Positions 8,388-17,060 of a stretch of DNA of 39,157 nt are shown here, one piece after another. Source of the DNA: Lachnospiraceae bacterium. Its GTDB lineage: Bacteria > Bacillota > Clostridia > Lachnospirales > Lachnospiraceae. The notes under the pieces were generated by a model that had not been told where the DNA came from, ran no database searches, and saw nothing but the letters and a program-made list of their open reading frames with translations. The translations under genes were made by a program, and so were the position numbers. Numbering within the stretch: the first letter of the stretch is position 1; every line of letters begins with the position of its first letter. The DNA lies in the NCBI GenBank assembly GCA_021200345.1, contig JAJQGR010000100.1, forward strand, positions 1-39,157. Reading direction: 5' to 3'.

Positions 8388-9655
8388 AAAATCATGATAC
8401 AGTGCGGGAGCTGCTTTCCTTTATCGACCATGCCCCCAGTCCTTACCATGTGGTAGCCCAGGCGAAGGAGATGCTGGAGGCGGCCGGCTTTCAGAGAATC
8501 AGTGAAAAGAACCGCTGGGAGCTTGAGAGAGGGAAAAGCTATTACGTTACCAGACAGGGCTCGGCGCTGATTGCTTTTCGCATTCCCAAAGAGCCCTGGA
8601 AAGGCTTTCATCTGGTGGCCAGCCACAGCGATTCCCCGGCTTTTAAGATCAAGGCAAATCCGGAGATGACCCAGGGAAACCTGTATACCAGGCTGAACGT
8701 GGAGCGTTACGGCGGCATGATCCTGTCTACCTGGTTTGACAGACCGCTGTCTGTGGCGGGAAAGGTCTATCTGGAACAGGACGGCGCCATTGTAAAAAAA
8801 CTGATCAATTTTGACCGGGATCTGATGGTGATTCCCTCTCTGGCCATTCACATGAACAGGGAAGCGAACAACGGCGTCAAATTCAGCGTACAGAAGGATC
8901 TGTGCCCGTTGCTTTCCACCGGGGCGGATCAGGGCGCGTTTCAGAGGCTGCTGGAGGAAGAGACTGGGGTGGACAGACAGCAGATTCTGGGCTATGATCT
9001 GAACCTGTATACCCGCCAGCCGGGCACCCTGATTGGCGCTAAGGAGGATCTGATTCTGTCTCCCAGGCTGGATGATCAGGAATGCGCCTTTGCCAGTCTG
9101 AAGGCCATCGTTGAGACGAACCCCTCTGACTATGTGAGTCTTTGCGCTGTTTTTGACAACGAGGAGGTGGGCAGCATGTCCCCTCAGGGTGCGGACAGCG
9201 ATTTCCTGAGGGATACGGTGAAGCGTATTGTTTACAGTATGGGAGGCAGCGAGACCTCCTATATGGAAGACATGGCGGGGAGCTTTATGATCTCCGCGGA
9301 CAACGCTCATGCGGTTCATCCCAACAGCCCGGAGAAAGCGGATCCCACCAACCGGCCGGCCATGAACGAGGGGATCGTGATCAAGTATTCCGCGGCTCAG
9401 AAGTACACCACCAGCGCCTACACCGGCAGCGTCATGAGGCAGCTTTGCCGGAAAGCGGACGTCCCTTGTCAGGTGTTTCACAATCATTCCGACAGTCTGG
9501 GGGGCGGAACCCTTGGCAAATATTCCTCCACCCATATGTCTGTGGCAACGGTGGATATCGGTCTGGCGCAGCTGGCCATGCATTCCGCGGTGGAGACGGC
9601 GGGCAGCAGGGATATTGCATATCTGGTGAAGGTGCTGCAATATTTTTACAGCTGA
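8384..9655 (+). CDS. M18-family aminopeptidase
   Basis: SPSPYHVV at the N-terminus, HSDSPAFKIK, and conserved FDNEEVGS and HS...T metal-ligand regions. Confidence 0.9.
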   Translation: MKNHDTVRELLSFIDHAPSPYHVVAQAKEMLEAAGFQRISEKNRWELERGKSYYVTRQGSALIAFRIPKEPWKGFHLVASHSDSPAFKIKANPEMTQGNLYTRLNVERYGGMILSTWFDRPLSVAGKVYLEQDGAIVKKLINFDRDLMVIPSLAIHMNREANNGVKFSVQKDLCPLLSTGADQGAFQRLLEEETGVDRQQILGYDLNLYTRQPGTLIGAKEDLILSPRLDDQECAFASLKAIVETNPSDYVSLCAVFDNEEVGSMSPQGADSDFLRDTVKRIVYSMGGSETSYMEDMAGSFMISADNAHAVHPNSPEKADPTNRPAMNEGIVIKYSAAQKYTTSAYTGSVMRQLCRKADVPCQVFHNHSDSLGGGTLGKYSSTHMSVATVDIGLAQLAMHSAVETAGSRDIAYLVKVLQYFYS

Positions 9656-9705
9656 CATTGACAACAGGGAAAGGGCAGCTGCATATATTACATAAAATAA
9701 CAGAT

Positions 9706-9730
9706 GCGGGACTGTGGTAAACAGTCCCGC
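9706..9730 (+). terminator. GC-rich hairpin after the aminopeptidase gene (weak terminator or 5'-leader structure of the next gene)
   Basis: GCGGGACTG (9706-9714) pairs perfectly with CAGTCCCGC (9722-9730). Only a short, delayed T-run (GTTTTG) follows. Confidence 0.45.
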
Positions 9731-9741
9731 AAGGACGTTTT

Positions 9742-11544
9742 GTGGACAATGAAAAGATGGAGGCAGCGCTGAACCTGGCCAGATCGGAGCCGGAAAGTCT
9801 GCGGGAAAAATCAGACATTCTGGACGCAGGCTATGATCAGGAACAGGACAGCTGGGAGGTGATCATCAAGTATAATGGGGACCTGGCCCAGGACCTGCCC
9901 CGGGGAATAGAGCTGGAGCCGCTGATTGCCGGGTACGGGATTCTGACAATCCCCGCGTCCCTGTTTGAGAACGTTCCGCCCAGTCCATGGATTGAGTATG
10001 CGGAGCTTCCCAAAAGACTGTATTTTGAACAGGGGCTCTCAGGAGAAGAAGCGGCGGAAGGTTATTCTCCGTCGGATTTTCTGAGAAGCTTTTCTTTTTC
10101 AGAGAAAGGGACCGCGGAGGGACTTTCTTCTCTGTCCGGGGAGGGAGTGCTGGTGGCGGTCATTGATTCCGGCATTGACTATACGCTGCCGAATTTTCGG
10201 CATAAAAACGGTTCCACCAGGATTGCTGCCCTCTGGGATCAGACACTGACTCCGGATGCTCAAAATCCGCCGCCGGAAGGCTTTCGACAGGGAAAACTGT
10301 ATACCTCCGGGGACATCAATGCCGCCCTGCAGCGCCCTTTTCCCCAGGAAATCCTTCCGTCAGTGGATACAAGCGGCCATGGGACGGCGGTGGCAGGGAT
10401 CGCTGCCTCCGGCGCAGTCGGGGGAGAATATGCCGGGATGGCGCCGGAAAGTGATTTGCTGATTGTAAAGCTGGGCAATCCTTCAGACAGGGGCTTTCCC
10501 AGAACCACGGAGCTGATGAGGGCGCTGACCTTTGCGGCGCGGTTTGCCCTGGAAAGAAATCAGCCTCTGAGTGTGAATTTAAGCTTTGGCAACAGTTACG
10601 GCTCCCATAACGGCACATCCCTGCTGGAGCGCTTTATTGACAATGTGGCGGAAATCGGCAGAAATGTGATCTGCGTGGGCACCGGGAATGAGGGATTGTC
10701 CGGAGGGCATTACAGCGGCCGGCTGACGGAAGGAATGACAACGGTGGTGGAGATCAGCGTGGCGCCCTACGAGGCTAGTCTGAGCATTCAGCTCTGGAAA
10801 AATTATGTGGACGACTACGCGATTTGGCTGATTGCTCCGGACGGAGGGACTGTTTTTCTGGGACCGGAGCAGTACGGAAAGGTGGAAAGCAGACTGGGGC
10901 GGACCCGGGTGCTGGGATTTTTCGGGCAGCCTACGCCTTACAGCACCAGTCAGGAAATTTTTTTTGATTTGCTGCCGGAAGATTATTATATTGATGAGGG
11001 TGTCTGGCGGATACGGATTGAGCCGGCAGCCATCAGAAACGGGTACTTTTATCTGTATCTGCCGGTAGCTTCCACCAGAAATCAGGGCACCAGATTTATG
11101 AATCCCAGTCAGGAAATGACGCTGACGATTCCTTCCACGGCGGCGAAAACCATCGCGGTGTCCGCGTATCACCCCGGGTTTGACACTTTTGCGGATTTCA
11201 GCGGAAGAGGGGCGGCTTTTTGGGACCATTTTCAGGAGAGAAGTAATATCGGAGCGGTCCGTCCCACCCTTTCGGCACCGGGGACAGATATCCTGGCGCC
11301 CATGCCGCAGGGAGGATACGGTCGGTTTAAAGGCACCAGCTTTGCCGCGCCGTTCGTGGCCGGGGCGGCTGCCTTACTGATGGAGTGGGGGATTCTGCGG
11401 GGGCATGACTATTTTTTGTACGGAGAAAAGCTGAAAGCCGGTCTGATCCGGGCGGCGAAGCCTTTGCCCGGAGTGGAGGAGTACCCTTCCTCCAAAACCG
11501 GTTATGGGCGGCTCTCGCTTAAAGAAGCAGCGTTTGAGGGGTGA
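9742..11544 (+). CDS. S8 (subtilisin-like) serine peptidase without a signal peptide, Csp-like (germination-protease-like) architecture
   Basis: Catalytic Asp (VAVIDSGIDY), His (SGHGTAVAG) and Ser (GTSFAAPFVAG). About 320 aa separate His from Ser. N-terminal prodomain-like VIIKYNGD...IEYAELPKRL. The start is ambiguous: GTG at 9742 or ATG at 9757. Confidence 0.85.
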   Translation: MDNEKMEAALNLARSEPESLREKSDILDAGYDQEQDSWEVIIKYNGDLAQDLPRGIELEPLIAGYGILTIPASLFENVPPSPWIEYAELPKRLYFEQGLSGEEAAEGYSPSDFLRSFSFSEKGTAEGLSSLSGEGVLVAVIDSGIDYTLPNFRHKNGSTRIAALWDQTLTPDAQNPPPEGFRQGKLYTSGDINAALQRPFPQEILPSVDTSGHGTAVAGIAASGAVGGEYAGMAPESDLLIVKLGNPSDRGFPRTTELMRALTFAARFALERNQPLSVNLSFGNSYGSHNGTSLLERFIDNVAEIGRNVICVGTGNEGLSGGHYSGRLTEGMTTVVEISVAPYEASLSIQLWKNYVDDYAIWLIAPDGGTVFLGPEQYGKVESRLGRTRVLGFFGQPTPYSTSQEIFFDLLPEDYYIDEGVWRIRIEPAAIRNGYFYLYLPVASTRNQGTRFMNPSQEMTLTIPSTAAKTIAVSAYHPGFDTFADFSGRGAAFWDHFQERSNIGAVRPTLSAPGTDILAPMPQGGYGRFKGTSFAAPFVAGAAALLMEWGILRGHDYFLYGEKLKAGLIRAAKPLPGVEEYPSSKTGYGRLSLKEAAFEG

Positions 11545-11625
11545 TTGTGTTTCATACCAGGTGAAATAAACATTGTTTTTTTGCCATGACAATGTTAGAA
11601 TACCGGTATAAGGAGGAAGATTCCC

Positions 11626-12513
11626 ATGGCATTTCACATTATCACGGACTCTGCGTCCGACGTCCCACAGTTCGTCAGGGAGGAATATCATCTGCATGTG
11701 ATTCCCACGCCCGTCACCATTGATGACGTGGATTATTTTGACGGATCCACCATCCAGCCGGCCGAATTTTATAAAATTCAGGCGGAGGGGAAGAGCGATA
11801 TTAAGACCTATCACATCAGTCAGCAGATGTTTTATGATCATTTCAGGCCCTATGCCGAAGCAGGGGATGAGGTCCTTTACATCTGCTTCTCCACAGGCAT
11901 TGCCGGCACCTTTCAGGCGGCAAATCTGGCAAAGGCGGATCTGCTGGAGGAATTCCCGGATTTTCAGATCACGATTATCGATTCCAAATGTGCTTCCATT
12001 GGCTTTGGCCTGGTGACCTATTATCTGCTGCAGATGCAGAAAAACAGCGCGCCAAAAGAGCTGATCATTGAGGCGGCACAGTATTTTTGTGAACACATGA
12101 AGATTCAGTTTACCGTGCAGACGCTTCATTATCTGTATAAGGGAGGCCGGGTCGGCGCTATCAGCGCGGCGGCGGGCGGTATTCTGGATATTAAGCCCAT
12201 TCTGGTGGTGGATGAGGAAGGTGCCCTGAAAGGAGCGGAGAATGTACGCGGCTGGAAGAAAGCCATCCGGCGTGTGGAGGATATGATCGGTGAGAAGTGC
12301 CGCGATCTTGACCGTCAGGTGATCGGCGTAGTCAGCGGAAGTGATCCGACGCTGGCAGATCAGGTGGGAGAAGATCTGATGAAACACTATCACGCGAAAG
12401 GGCTTTTGAAGAGTCAGGTGGGCTGTGCCATCGGTGCCCACACCGGCGGCGGAATTGTGGGTATTACCGCGCTGGATTCCATGAATCCGGAATATGAGAA
12501 ATATCTGGATTAA
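11626..12513 (+). CDS. DegV-family fatty-acid-binding protein
   Basis: DegV N-terminal pattern (HIITDSASDVP) and full-length DegV-like sequence. RBS AAGGAGGAAG lies upstream. Confidence 0.9.
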   Translation: MAFHIITDSASDVPQFVREEYHLHVIPTPVTIDDVDYFDGSTIQPAEFYKIQAEGKSDIKTYHISQQMFYDHFRPYAEAGDEVLYICFSTGIAGTFQAANLAKADLLEEFPDFQITIIDSKCASIGFGLVTYYLLQMQKNSAPKELIIEAAQYFCEHMKIQFTVQTLHYLYKGGRVGAISAAAGGILDIKPILVVDEEGALKGAENVRGWKKAIRRVEDMIGEKCRDLDRQVIGVVSGSDPTLADQVGEDLMKHYHAKGLLKSQVGCAIGAHTGGGIVGITALDSMNPEYEKYLD

Positions 12514-12537
12514 AATGTGCATGATAAGGATTTTCCT

Positions 12538-13506
12538 ATGAAAAATATGTTAAACGATGAGATTATCTCTCTGGTTGACGATATTCTGGATGACTATGAA
12601 CTAAAAAGGCGAATCGATACTGATAAAACTTTCAATCAGCCTGATAAGACGGTGATCAATGAGATTCTGTCCAATCTTCAGCAGATTATTTTTCATGGCT
12701 ATTATCGCAATCAGCATTATCGGATTTATACGGCCAAGAACAATCTGAGCATGCTTCTGGAGGATATCCTCTTTAATCTGAGCAAGCAGGTGACGCTGGT
12801 GCTTCAGAGCTGTGAAGAGGGAAAAGAAAAAAGCGGGCAGGAGGAGGCACCGGAAGAGAGGGCCTACGATATCTGTATCGCGTTTTTGTCCAAAATTCCG
12901 CAGCTGCGGGAGTCTCTGGAGATGGACGCCCAGGCGGCTTATGACGGCGACCCGGCGGCCTCAGGAATTGACGAGATTATTTTTTCTTATCCCGGGTTTT
13001 ATGCCATCTTTGTGTATCGGATTGCGCATGAGCTGCAGCTGCTCCATGTACCGTTGATTCCCCGGATGATGACGGAGATTGCCCACAGCGCCACAGGGAT
13101 CGATATCCATCCCGGCGCTTCCATAGGCAGACGGTTTTTCATGGATCACGGGACAGGGATTGTGATTGGTGAGACCACCGTGATCGGGGATAATGTGAAA
13201 GTTTACCAGGGAGTGACCATCGGCGCACTTTCCACCAAGGGAGGCCAGAAACTGAAAAATAAAAAACGCCATCCTACCATTGAAGATAATGTGACTATTT
13301 ATTCCAATGCTTCCATTCTGGGCGGAGAGACGGTGATCGGGCGCAATACGGTGATCGGCGGCAATACCTTCATCACCAAATCCGTCCCTCCTGACACCAG
13401 TGTCAGTATTGCCAGCCCGGAGCTGATCTACCGCTATGGGAACCATCCGGAGAAAGAAAAGCTGGATGGGCTGAAGCAGGAGGAGAGCGGGGACTGGGTG
13501 ATATAG
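12538..13506 (+). CDS. serine O-acetyltransferase (long, EpsC/CysE-like form)
   Basis: SAT core (GIDIHPGASIGRRFFMDHGTGIVIGETTVIGDNV) followed by hexapeptide repeats. ATG at 12538 follows TAAGGA. GTG at 12517 is an alternative start. Confidence 0.85.
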   Translation: MKNMLNDEIISLVDDILDDYELKRRIDTDKTFNQPDKTVINEILSNLQQIIFHGYYRNQHYRIYTAKNNLSMLLEDILFNLSKQVTLVLQSCEEGKEKSGQEEAPEERAYDICIAFLSKIPQLRESLEMDAQAAYDGDPAASGIDEIIFSYPGFYAIFVYRIAHELQLLHVPLIPRMMTEIAHSATGIDIHPGASIGRRFFMDHGTGIVIGETTVIGDNVKVYQGVTIGALSTKGGQKLKNKKRHPTIEDNVTIYSNASILGGETVIGRNTVIGGNTFITKSVPPDTSVSIASPELIYRYGNHPEKEKLDGLKQEESGDWVI

Positions 13507-13552
13507 CGGCAGTCCTTTGCTCGTGACAGACTCTGAATATTTCCACTGAATA

Positions 13553-13592
13553 AAAAGTACCGGTTAAGGGAAAGCTTTAACCGGTACTTTTG
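13553..13592 (+). terminator. strong rho-independent terminator
   Basis: Perfect 15-nt inverted repeat, AAAAGTACCGGTTAA (13553-13567) with TTAACCGGTACTTTT (13577-13591). A-run and T-run flanks suggest it could act in both directions. Confidence 0.85.
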
Positions 13593-13632
13593 TATGCAAA
13601 CAGAAAGATTGTTTTTACAGGGAGGAATTTTT

Positions 13633-14196
13633 ATGTCACTGATCAAAAAACCGGTGGGCGATTTCAGAGTGCAGGCTTATCACCAGGATGCCTTTCGAAC
13701 AGTTTCCCGAAAGGACATTCTGGGAAAATGGAGCGTATTTTTCTTTTATCCGGCGGATTTTACTTTTGTCTGTCCTACAGAGCTGGAGGATCTGGCGGAT
13801 CATTATGGGGAATTTCAGGAGATCGGCTGTGAAATTTACAGCGTTTCCTGCGACAGTCACTTTGTCCACAAGGCCTGGCATGATGTGTCTGAGACCATCA
13901 AAAAGCTTCCCTTTCCCATGCTCGCGGATCCGACGGGAATGCTGACGAGGGACTTTAACGTGATGATTGAAGAGGATGGCATGGCTGAGAGGGGAACCTT
14001 TATTGTGAATCCGGATGGCGTCATTGTGGCTTATGAGGTCATTGCGGGGAATGTGGGTAGAAACGCCAGGGAGCTGCTCAGACGGGTGAGAGCCAGCCAG
14101 TTTGTGGCTGAACATGGGGATCAGGTCTGCCCGGCCGGATGGCAGCCCGGCGGTAAGACCTTAAAACCCAGCCTGAATTTGGTGGGGATGCTGTGA
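13633..14196 (+). CDS. ahpC: typical 2-Cys peroxiredoxin, alkyl hydroperoxide reductase subunit C
   Basis: Peroxidatic Cys context FFFYPADFTFVCPTE and resolving Cys VCPAGW. ATG at 13633 follows GGAGGA (13621-13626). Confidence 0.95.
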   Translation: MSLIKKPVGDFRVQAYHQDAFRTVSRKDILGKWSVFFFYPADFTFVCPTELEDLADHYGEFQEIGCEIYSVSCDSHFVHKAWHDVSETIKKLPFPMLADPTGMLTRDFNVMIEEDGMAERGTFIVNPDGVIVAYEVIAGNVGRNARELLRRVRASQFVAEHGDQVCPAGWQPGGKTLKPSLNLVGML

Positions 14197-15917
14197 TGGA
14201 TCAAATGAGAATACAGGGAAAAGATACCCGCGGAAGCCATATCAGGGAAAGCGATATGGATGAAGGAGATTTGAACGAGCGGGATTTGTATGACGTGGTG
14301 GTTGTGGGCGGCGGCCCCGCCGGGCTTTCCGCGGCGATCTATATGGCCCGGGCAAAATACCGGGTGCTGGTGGTGGAAAAGGAGGAAGTGGGCGGTCAGA
14401 TCCGGATCACGGACAGTGTGGTCAATTATCCGGGGATCGAGAGGATTGACGGCAAAGCGCTGACCGGAGCCATGGCGCGGCAGGCCAGACGCTTTGGCGC
14501 GGAGTTTGCCTCGCAAGAGGTGGTGGATCTGGAATGTAATACCCGGATCAAGCGGGTGATCACCCGCGGAAGAGTTTACGATACGCTGGGCGTCATTCTG
14601 GCCCTCGGAGCCAGTCCCCGAAAATTAAATTTTGCGGGAGAAGAGAAATTTCAGGGCAGGGGCGTGGCTTACTGCGCCACCTGCGACGGAGAATTTTTTA
14701 CCGATCGGACAGTGTATGTGGTGGGCGGCGGTTATGCGGCGGTGGAGGAAGGACTGTTCCTCACCCGTTACGCCAGGAGGGTGATCATGATTGTCAGGGA
14801 GGAGGATTTTACCTGCGCCAGGACCCTCGGGGATCAGGCGAAGGCTCATCCAAAGATCGAGATCCATTTTCATACGGAGATCACGAAGGTGACGGGGGAA
14901 ACTTTTGTCACCGGGGCTTCGTTTCGGGACAATCTGACCGGGAAGGGCTGGGAAAGCCCGCGGGAGAAAGCGGGAATCGGCATTTTCGTGTTTGCCGGCT
15001 ATGTTCCTGCCTCTGACTGGCTGCCGTCAGAAATTGACAGAAACCTGCAGGGGTATCTTGTGACGGATCAAAACCGGGCCACCAGTGTGCCTGGCGTGTA
15101 CGGCGCGGGCGATGTGTGCGTCAAGGGACTGCGGCAGGTGGTGACGGCGGTGGCCGACGGCGCGGTGGCTGCCACCAGTCTGGAATTGTATGTGGAGCAG
15201 CTGCATCATCGTCTTCATCTGCCGGACCTGGTTCGGCTGGTCAGTAGGGAAAAGGAAGATGGTCAGGATCTGCCGGATACGGATGCGCTGTTCGATCGGG
15301 AGTTAAAGTCCCGGGTCAGCGAACTTCTGAAACGGATGGAGCAGCCGGTAATCATAAAAATATGGTCCGAGAGGACTGACAGCGAGCGGGAATTATTCAC
15401 TTTCTTCGATGAACTGGCCGGCTTGTCGGACCAGCTGGTGCTGGAGTATGCTGCGACGAAGGAGGTGGACGCAGAATTGTGGCCGGCAATCCGGCTGCTT
15501 GACAGTAAAGGCAACGACAGCGGCTTTTGCTTTCACGGGATTCCTACGGGAGAAGAATTTACCTCCTTTCTGCTGGCAATCTGCCAGCTGGCGGGGCCTG
15601 CGAAGGAGCTTCCCAAAGAAGCGCGGCGCCTGCTTCAGGACAGGGGAGAGGATGTGAGCGTACAGATTTTTGTATCCCTGACCTGTACCATGTGTCCCCA
15701 GACGGTGCGCTCGGCGGTAATGCTGGCCATGGAGAAAGAAAGTAAAAGAAAGGTGCGGGTGGATGTGTTCGATCTGTCCCGTTTCCCCCAGCTGAAAGAA
15801 AAGTACCAGATAAGAAGTGTGCCCTGCATTGTAGTGGATGAAAAGCGGGTGTTATTCGGAAGAAAAGAGCCGGAGGAGCTGGCGCGGGAGATTTTTTTGA
15901 CTGAAAAGAGTGCTTGA
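14196..15917 (+). CDS. NAD(P)H peroxiredoxin reductase of AhpF type with permuted domain order (TrxR-like module first, AhpF-NTD-like double thioredoxin fold last)
   Basis: FAD motif VVVGGGPAGLSAA. Redox CATC at 14673-14684. The C-terminal ~230 aa resemble the AhpF N-terminal domain (HGIPTGEEFTSFLLAI; VSLTCTMCPQ with CxxC at 15684-15695; IRSVPCIVVD). The start overlaps the ahpC stop (GTGATG). Confidence 0.85.
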   Translation: MDQMRIQGKDTRGSHIRESDMDEGDLNERDLYDVVVVGGGPAGLSAAIYMARAKYRVLVVEKEEVGGQIRITDSVVNYPGIERIDGKALTGAMARQARRFGAEFASQEVVDLECNTRIKRVITRGRVYDTLGVILALGASPRKLNFAGEEKFQGRGVAYCATCDGEFFTDRTVYVVGGGYAAVEEGLFLTRYARRVIMIVREEDFTCARTLGDQAKAHPKIEIHFHTEITKVTGETFVTGASFRDNLTGKGWESPREKAGIGIFVFAGYVPASDWLPSEIDRNLQGYLVTDQNRATSVPGVYGAGDVCVKGLRQVVTAVADGAVAATSLELYVEQLHHRLHLPDLVRLVSREKEDGQDLPDTDALFDRELKSRVSELLKRMEQPVIIKIWSERTDSERELFTFFDELAGLSDQLVLEYAATKEVDAELWPAIRLLDSKGNDSGFCFHGIPTGEEFTSFLLAICQLAGPAKELPKEARRLLQDRGEDVSVQIFVSLTCTMCPQTVRSAVMLAMEKESKRKVRVDVFDLSRFPQLKEKYQIRSVPCIVVDEKRVLFGRKEPEELAREIFLTEKSA

Positions 15918-15995
15918 CAAGACGGCCTGTTCGTGTAAAACTGAGTGTAGTTTCATTGATTCAGTATTTTTATGAGAGATTCCAGGGAAATACCT

Positions 15996-17060
15996 ATGCA
16001 TAAATGTTTTACAGGATTATTGTTTATTTTGATTTGCGGTTTTGCTCTGACCGGCTGCGGCGGGAGAGCGGCTTCTTCCTCAGGGGCGGATACGGAGGAG
16101 GCCCTGGCCGTGGAGGAGGAAACAGTTTATACTCTGATAGAGGATATGAAGTATGAGGAGGCTCTGGCGCTTCTGGAGACTTTGGATCTGGATGCCCAGG
16201 AGAGTCTTCGGGTGGCGGGGATCTGCTATATGGGTCAGGGACTGTATGAGCAGGCTGTGGAAGCTTTCGAGGAAGCGCTGGCTCAAAACGGCGGCTTTCT
16301 CCATGAGATAGACTATGACATCAACCGCTATCTGGCGGTGTCCTATAATAAGCTGGGAGAGTATGAAAAAGCGGAGCAGGTCTATGCCGCTATCTGCGCT
16401 CTGCAGCCCGGGGATGCGGACGCCTGGTATCTGCACGGAGTCACTTATCTGGAGCTGGGGCATTATGAGGATGCGGTGGGCTGCTTTGACACCGCGGTGG
16501 AGCTTTCTCCCACGGACTATGATCTGATGATTTCCATTTATCAGGCGCTGGCCCAGTACGGGTACCGCGCGCTGGGAGAGGAATATATCGCGGATATTCT
16601 GGACAGCGATGATTCCATCAGTGATTATGACAGAGGCCGGGTCCTGTATTACACGGGAGAATACAGCCAGGCCATTGTGTATCTTGAAAAAATCAAATCT
16701 CAGGGAACCCAGGATGTGATTTTATATCTGGCCATGAGCTATGAGGCGCTGGGAGATTACAACTATGCCGCCAATGTGTACACCTCCGGTCTGGAGCTGG
16801 GGGAGAGCGCCGTCCTTTATAATCAGCTGGGCTTGTGCCAGCTGAAACGGGGGCTTTATGAGGAAGCGCTGGAGGCCTTTACACTGGGGCTTTCCTGCAA
16901 TGACAATTCTCTGCGCCAGAGTCTCAGGTTCAATCAGATTACGGCTTATGAGATGCTGGGAGATTTTACCACGGCCAAGGAACTGATGGAGACCTACATC
17001 AGCGACTATCCGGGGGATGAGGAAGCGCAAAGAGAAGCGCTGTTTCTGGAGAGCAGATAA
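15996..17060 (+). CDS. TPR-repeat lipoprotein
   Basis: Signal peptide with lipobox (LFILICGFALTGCGG), then repeated TPR-like units (YEEALxxFEEAL, GDYNYAANVY...). The upstream ATG at 15972 is an alternative start. Confidence 0.8.
   Translation: MHKCFTGLLFILICGFALTGCGGRAASSSGADTEEALAVEEETVYTLIEDMKYEEALALLETLDLDAQESLRVAGICYMGQGLYEQAVEAFEEALAQNGGFLHEIDYDINRYLAVSYNKLGEYEKAEQVYAAICALQPGDADAWYLHGVTYLELGHYEDAVGCFDTAVELSPTDYDLMISIYQALAQYGYRALGEEYIADILDSDDSISDYDRGRVLYYTGEYSQAIVYLEKIKSQGTQDVILYLAMSYEALGDYNYAANVYTSGLELGESAVLYNQLGLCQLKRGLYEEALEAFTLGLSCNDNSLRQSLRFNQITAYEMLGDFTTAKELMETYISDYPGDEEAQREALFLESR

Noticed and set aside
8354-9664. 436-aa ORF on the minus strand covering the entire M18 aminopeptidase gene
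   Set aside because: Its codons are in exact register with the sense gene (both codon starts are 2 mod 3), so it is open only because the sense gene lacks TTA/CTA/TCA codons. The translation is R/H/G/L-rich with no recognisable motif or RBS, while the sense product is a clear M18 peptidase.
11374-12522. 382-aa minus-strand ORF opposite degV
   Set aside because: In-register antisense frame (1 mod 3 on both strands) with low-complexity composition. The sense product is a full-length DegV protein.
13506-13632. Search for a PerR/OxyR-type operator upstream of ahpC
   Set aside because: Apart from the terminator and a short AAACA/TGTTT pairing, I found no palindrome resembling the PerR box (TTATAAT-N-ATTATAA). 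I make no regulatory-site claim.
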